Shown piece by piece: positions 44,385 to 46,263 of a DNA stretch of 46,263 nt. How positions within the stretch are numbered: the first letter of the stretch is position 1; every line of letters begins with the position of its first letter. The DNA lies in assembly GCA_021767625.1 (NCBI GenBank), contig JAASTB010000001.1:1-46263 (forward strand), given 5' to 3'. Under the pieces are notes generated by a model. It ran no database searches and was not told the origin of the DNA. It saw only the letters and a program-made list of their open reading frames with translations. A program made the position numbers and the translations under genes. The DNA is from Wenzhouxiangella sp. (GTDB lineage: Bacteria; Pseudomonadota; Gammaproteobacteria; Xanthomonadales; Wenzhouxiangellaceae).

Positions 44385-45731
44385 GTGAGTGCCGATCGCG
44401 AAATCCTTCTTCCGCGCTGGGTCGTTCCGGTCAGGCCGGAGGGCGTCGTGCTCGAAAACCACGGGGTGCTGATCGAGGCCGGACGGATTGCCGCACTGGA
44501 TCATGGTGAGGAGCTGCGCAGGGACTATCCCGACGCAAGGATCACGCAGCTGCCGGACCGCGCCCTGATCCCCGGCCTGGTCAATATCCACACGCACAGC
44601 GCCATGGCGCTGATGCGGGGGCTTGCCGACGACCTGCCGCTGATGCGCTGGCTGGAGGATCATATCTGGCCGACCGAGCAACGCTGGGTCGGAGCGGAGT
44701 TCGTTCGCGTCGGTACCGACCTGGCCATGGCCGAAATGCTCAGGGGCGGCACGACCTGCTTCAACGACAACTATTTCTTCCCGGATGTGACGGCCGCCGC
44801 GGCCGACCGAGTCGGCATGCGGGCGGTCATCGGCATTCCGATCATCTCGGTGCCGACGGCCTGGGCGCAGACGGAGGACGAGTACTTCCGCCGCGGCCTG
44901 GACATGCACCAGCAGTTGCTCGACATGCCGCTGGTCTCCTCGGCCTTCGCGCCGCACGCGCCGTACACCGTCACCGACAAGGCCTTCCACCGGATTCGCT
45001 CCCTGGCCGAGGAAATGGACATTCCCGTTCATCTCCACCTGCTGGAGACCGCCGGCGAGATCCAGGGCAGCATCGACCAGTACGGCCTCTCGCCGCTCGA
45101 CCGCATGGATTCCCTGGGCCTGCTCACCGACCGGCTCCTGGCCGTGCACATGACCCAGCTCGACGACGCCGACATCGCCCGCTTGTCCCGGGCTGGGGTG
45201 CACGTGCTCCACTGCCCGGCATCCAACCTCAAGCTGGCCAGCGGCATCTGCCGGGTCGCCGACCTCGATGCCGCCGGCGTCAACGTGGCCATCGGCACCG
45301 ACGGGGCCGCCAGCAACAACACCCTCGACATGTTCGCCGAGACCCGCCTGGCCGCGCTGCTGGCCAAGGGCGCCAGCGGCGATCCCGAGGCCGTGCCGGC
45401 CGAGCGCGCACTGTCCATGGCGACGATCAACGGGGCAAGGGCGCTCGGTCAGGAGGATCGATTCGGTTCGATCGAAGTGGGCAAGTGCGCGGACCTTGCT
45501 GCCGTCGATCTGTCGGCGATGGAAACGGCACCCGTCCACCACGTCATCTCCCACCTGGTGTACGCGGCTTCGCGCAGCCAGGTTAGCGATGTCTGGATCG
45601 AGGGTCGCCGGGTCGTCGACGGCGGAGTCCTGACCACGCTGGATGCCGACCGCACCGCACAGGAAGCCGAACAGTGGGGCAAGCGCCTGCTGACCAGCGA
45701 CCAGGGCGGCGCCGGGGAGCTCAGGTCATGA
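44385..45731 (+). CDS. TRZ/ATZ family amidohydrolase (MtaD-like methylthioadenosine/SAH deaminase)
   Basis: PGLVNIHTH, APHAPY, HLHLLET, HCPASNLKL, GTDGAASNN; upstream of ubiG; start GTG 44385. Confidence 0.87.
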   Translation: MSADREILLPRWVVPVRPEGVVLENHGVLIEAGRIAALDHGEELRRDYPDARITQLPDRALIPGLVNIHTHSAMALMRGLADDLPLMRWLEDHIWPTEQRWVGAEFVRVGTDLAMAEMLRGGTTCFNDNYFFPDVTAAAADRVGMRAVIGIPIISVPTAWAQTEDEYFRRGLDMHQQLLDMPLVSSAFAPHAPYTVTDKAFHRIRSLAEEMDIPVHLHLLETAGEIQGSIDQYGLSPLDRMDSLGLLTDRLLAVHMTQLDDADIARLSRAGVHVLHCPASNLKLASGICRVADLDAAGVNVAIGTDGAASNNTLDMFAETRLAALLAKGASGDPEAVPAERALSMATINGARALGQEDRFGSIEVGKCADLAAVDLSAMETAPVHHVISHLVYAASRSQVSDVWIEGRRVVDGGVLTTLDADRTAQEAEQWGKRLLTSDQGGAGELRS

Positions 45732-46263
45732 ATGTCGAGGTTTCGGGCGGCAACGTGGATCCGCGCGAGTCGGGCAAGTTCGATGCCCTGGCGGCGCGCT
45801 GGTGGGACCCGGAGGGAGACTTCCGCACCCTGCACGACATCAACGGTCCCCGGGTCGAATTCCTCGCCGAGCGCGTGCCCCTGGCGGGTCGCCGCGTGCT
45901 GGATGTGGGCTGCGGCGGCGGCGTGCTGAGCGAGGCCCTGGCCGAGCGCGGTGCCGAGGTAACCGGCATCGATGCCGCCCCGCGGGCCCTCGAGGTGGCG
46001 CGGTTGCACATGGCCGAGAGCGGTCTCGAAATCGACTACCGGCGTGTGACCGCCGAGTCGCTCGCGCGAGAGGCCCCCGGCGCGTTCGACGTGGTCTGCT
46101 GCCTGGAGATGCTCGAGCACGTACCCGATCCGGCGCAGACGGTCGAAGCCTGCGCCGAGCTCTGTCGTCCCGGCGGTCATCTCCTGTTCAGCACGATCAA
46201 TCGATCGCCCCTGGCCTGGGCGACGGCCATCGTCGGCGCGGAGTACGTCCTCGGCCTGCTTCC
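45728..46263 (+). CDS. ubiG: Ubiquinone biosynthesis O-methyltransferase (3' truncated)
   Basis: Manual translation: MNVEVSGGNVDPRESGKFDALAARWWDPEGDFRTLHDIN...VLDVGCGGGVL...CLEMLEHVPDP...FSTINR; ATGA overlap with the upstream gene. Absent from the ORF track because it runs off the window. Confidence 0.94.
   Translation, partial: MNVEVSGGNVDPRESGKFDALAARWWDPEGDFRTLHDINGPRVEFLAERVPLAGRRVLDVGCGGGVLSEALAERGAEVTGIDAAPRALEVARLHMAESGLEIDYRRVTAESLAREAPGAFDVVCCLEMLEHVPDPAQTVEACAELCRPGGHLLFSTINRSPLAWATAIVGAEYVLGLL

Overview
High-GC gammaproteobacterial core-chromosome segment. Gene content, gene order and acidic protein linkers suggest a Xanthomonadales/Wenzhouxiangella-like heterotroph (inference only). 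It is densely packed with housekeeping genes: tricorn-type protease (partial), ArnT-like glycosyltransferase, gcvP, a cytochrome oxidase assembly cluster (cyoE, SURF1), peroxiredoxin, pilH, acuI-like, lpdA-sucB-sucA, purB, a secreted MetX-like esterase, a type VI sulfide:quinone oxidoreductase, an M20 amidohydrolase, fumC, greB, ibpA, aat, trxB, ald, ftsK, lolA, xseB, tilS, accA, gluQ, htpX, fimX-like, epmB, efp, mtaD-like and ubiG (partial). I found no rRNA, tRNA, CRISPR, transposase or phage genes. The unusual content is non-coding. (i) A twin-hairpin element (3495-3690) has two unrelated 25-bp stems whose 27-nt loops are reverse complements of each other. (ii) Three intergenic palindromes are built from short 7- or 9-nt tandem repeats, two of them nested two-family structures; they may be gene-less relics of a repeat-flanked mobile system. 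Also noted: a probable CTG-initiated greB, a sigma32 promoter plus ROSE-like thermometer at ibpA, and a candidate ArsR-type operator upstream of sqrF.
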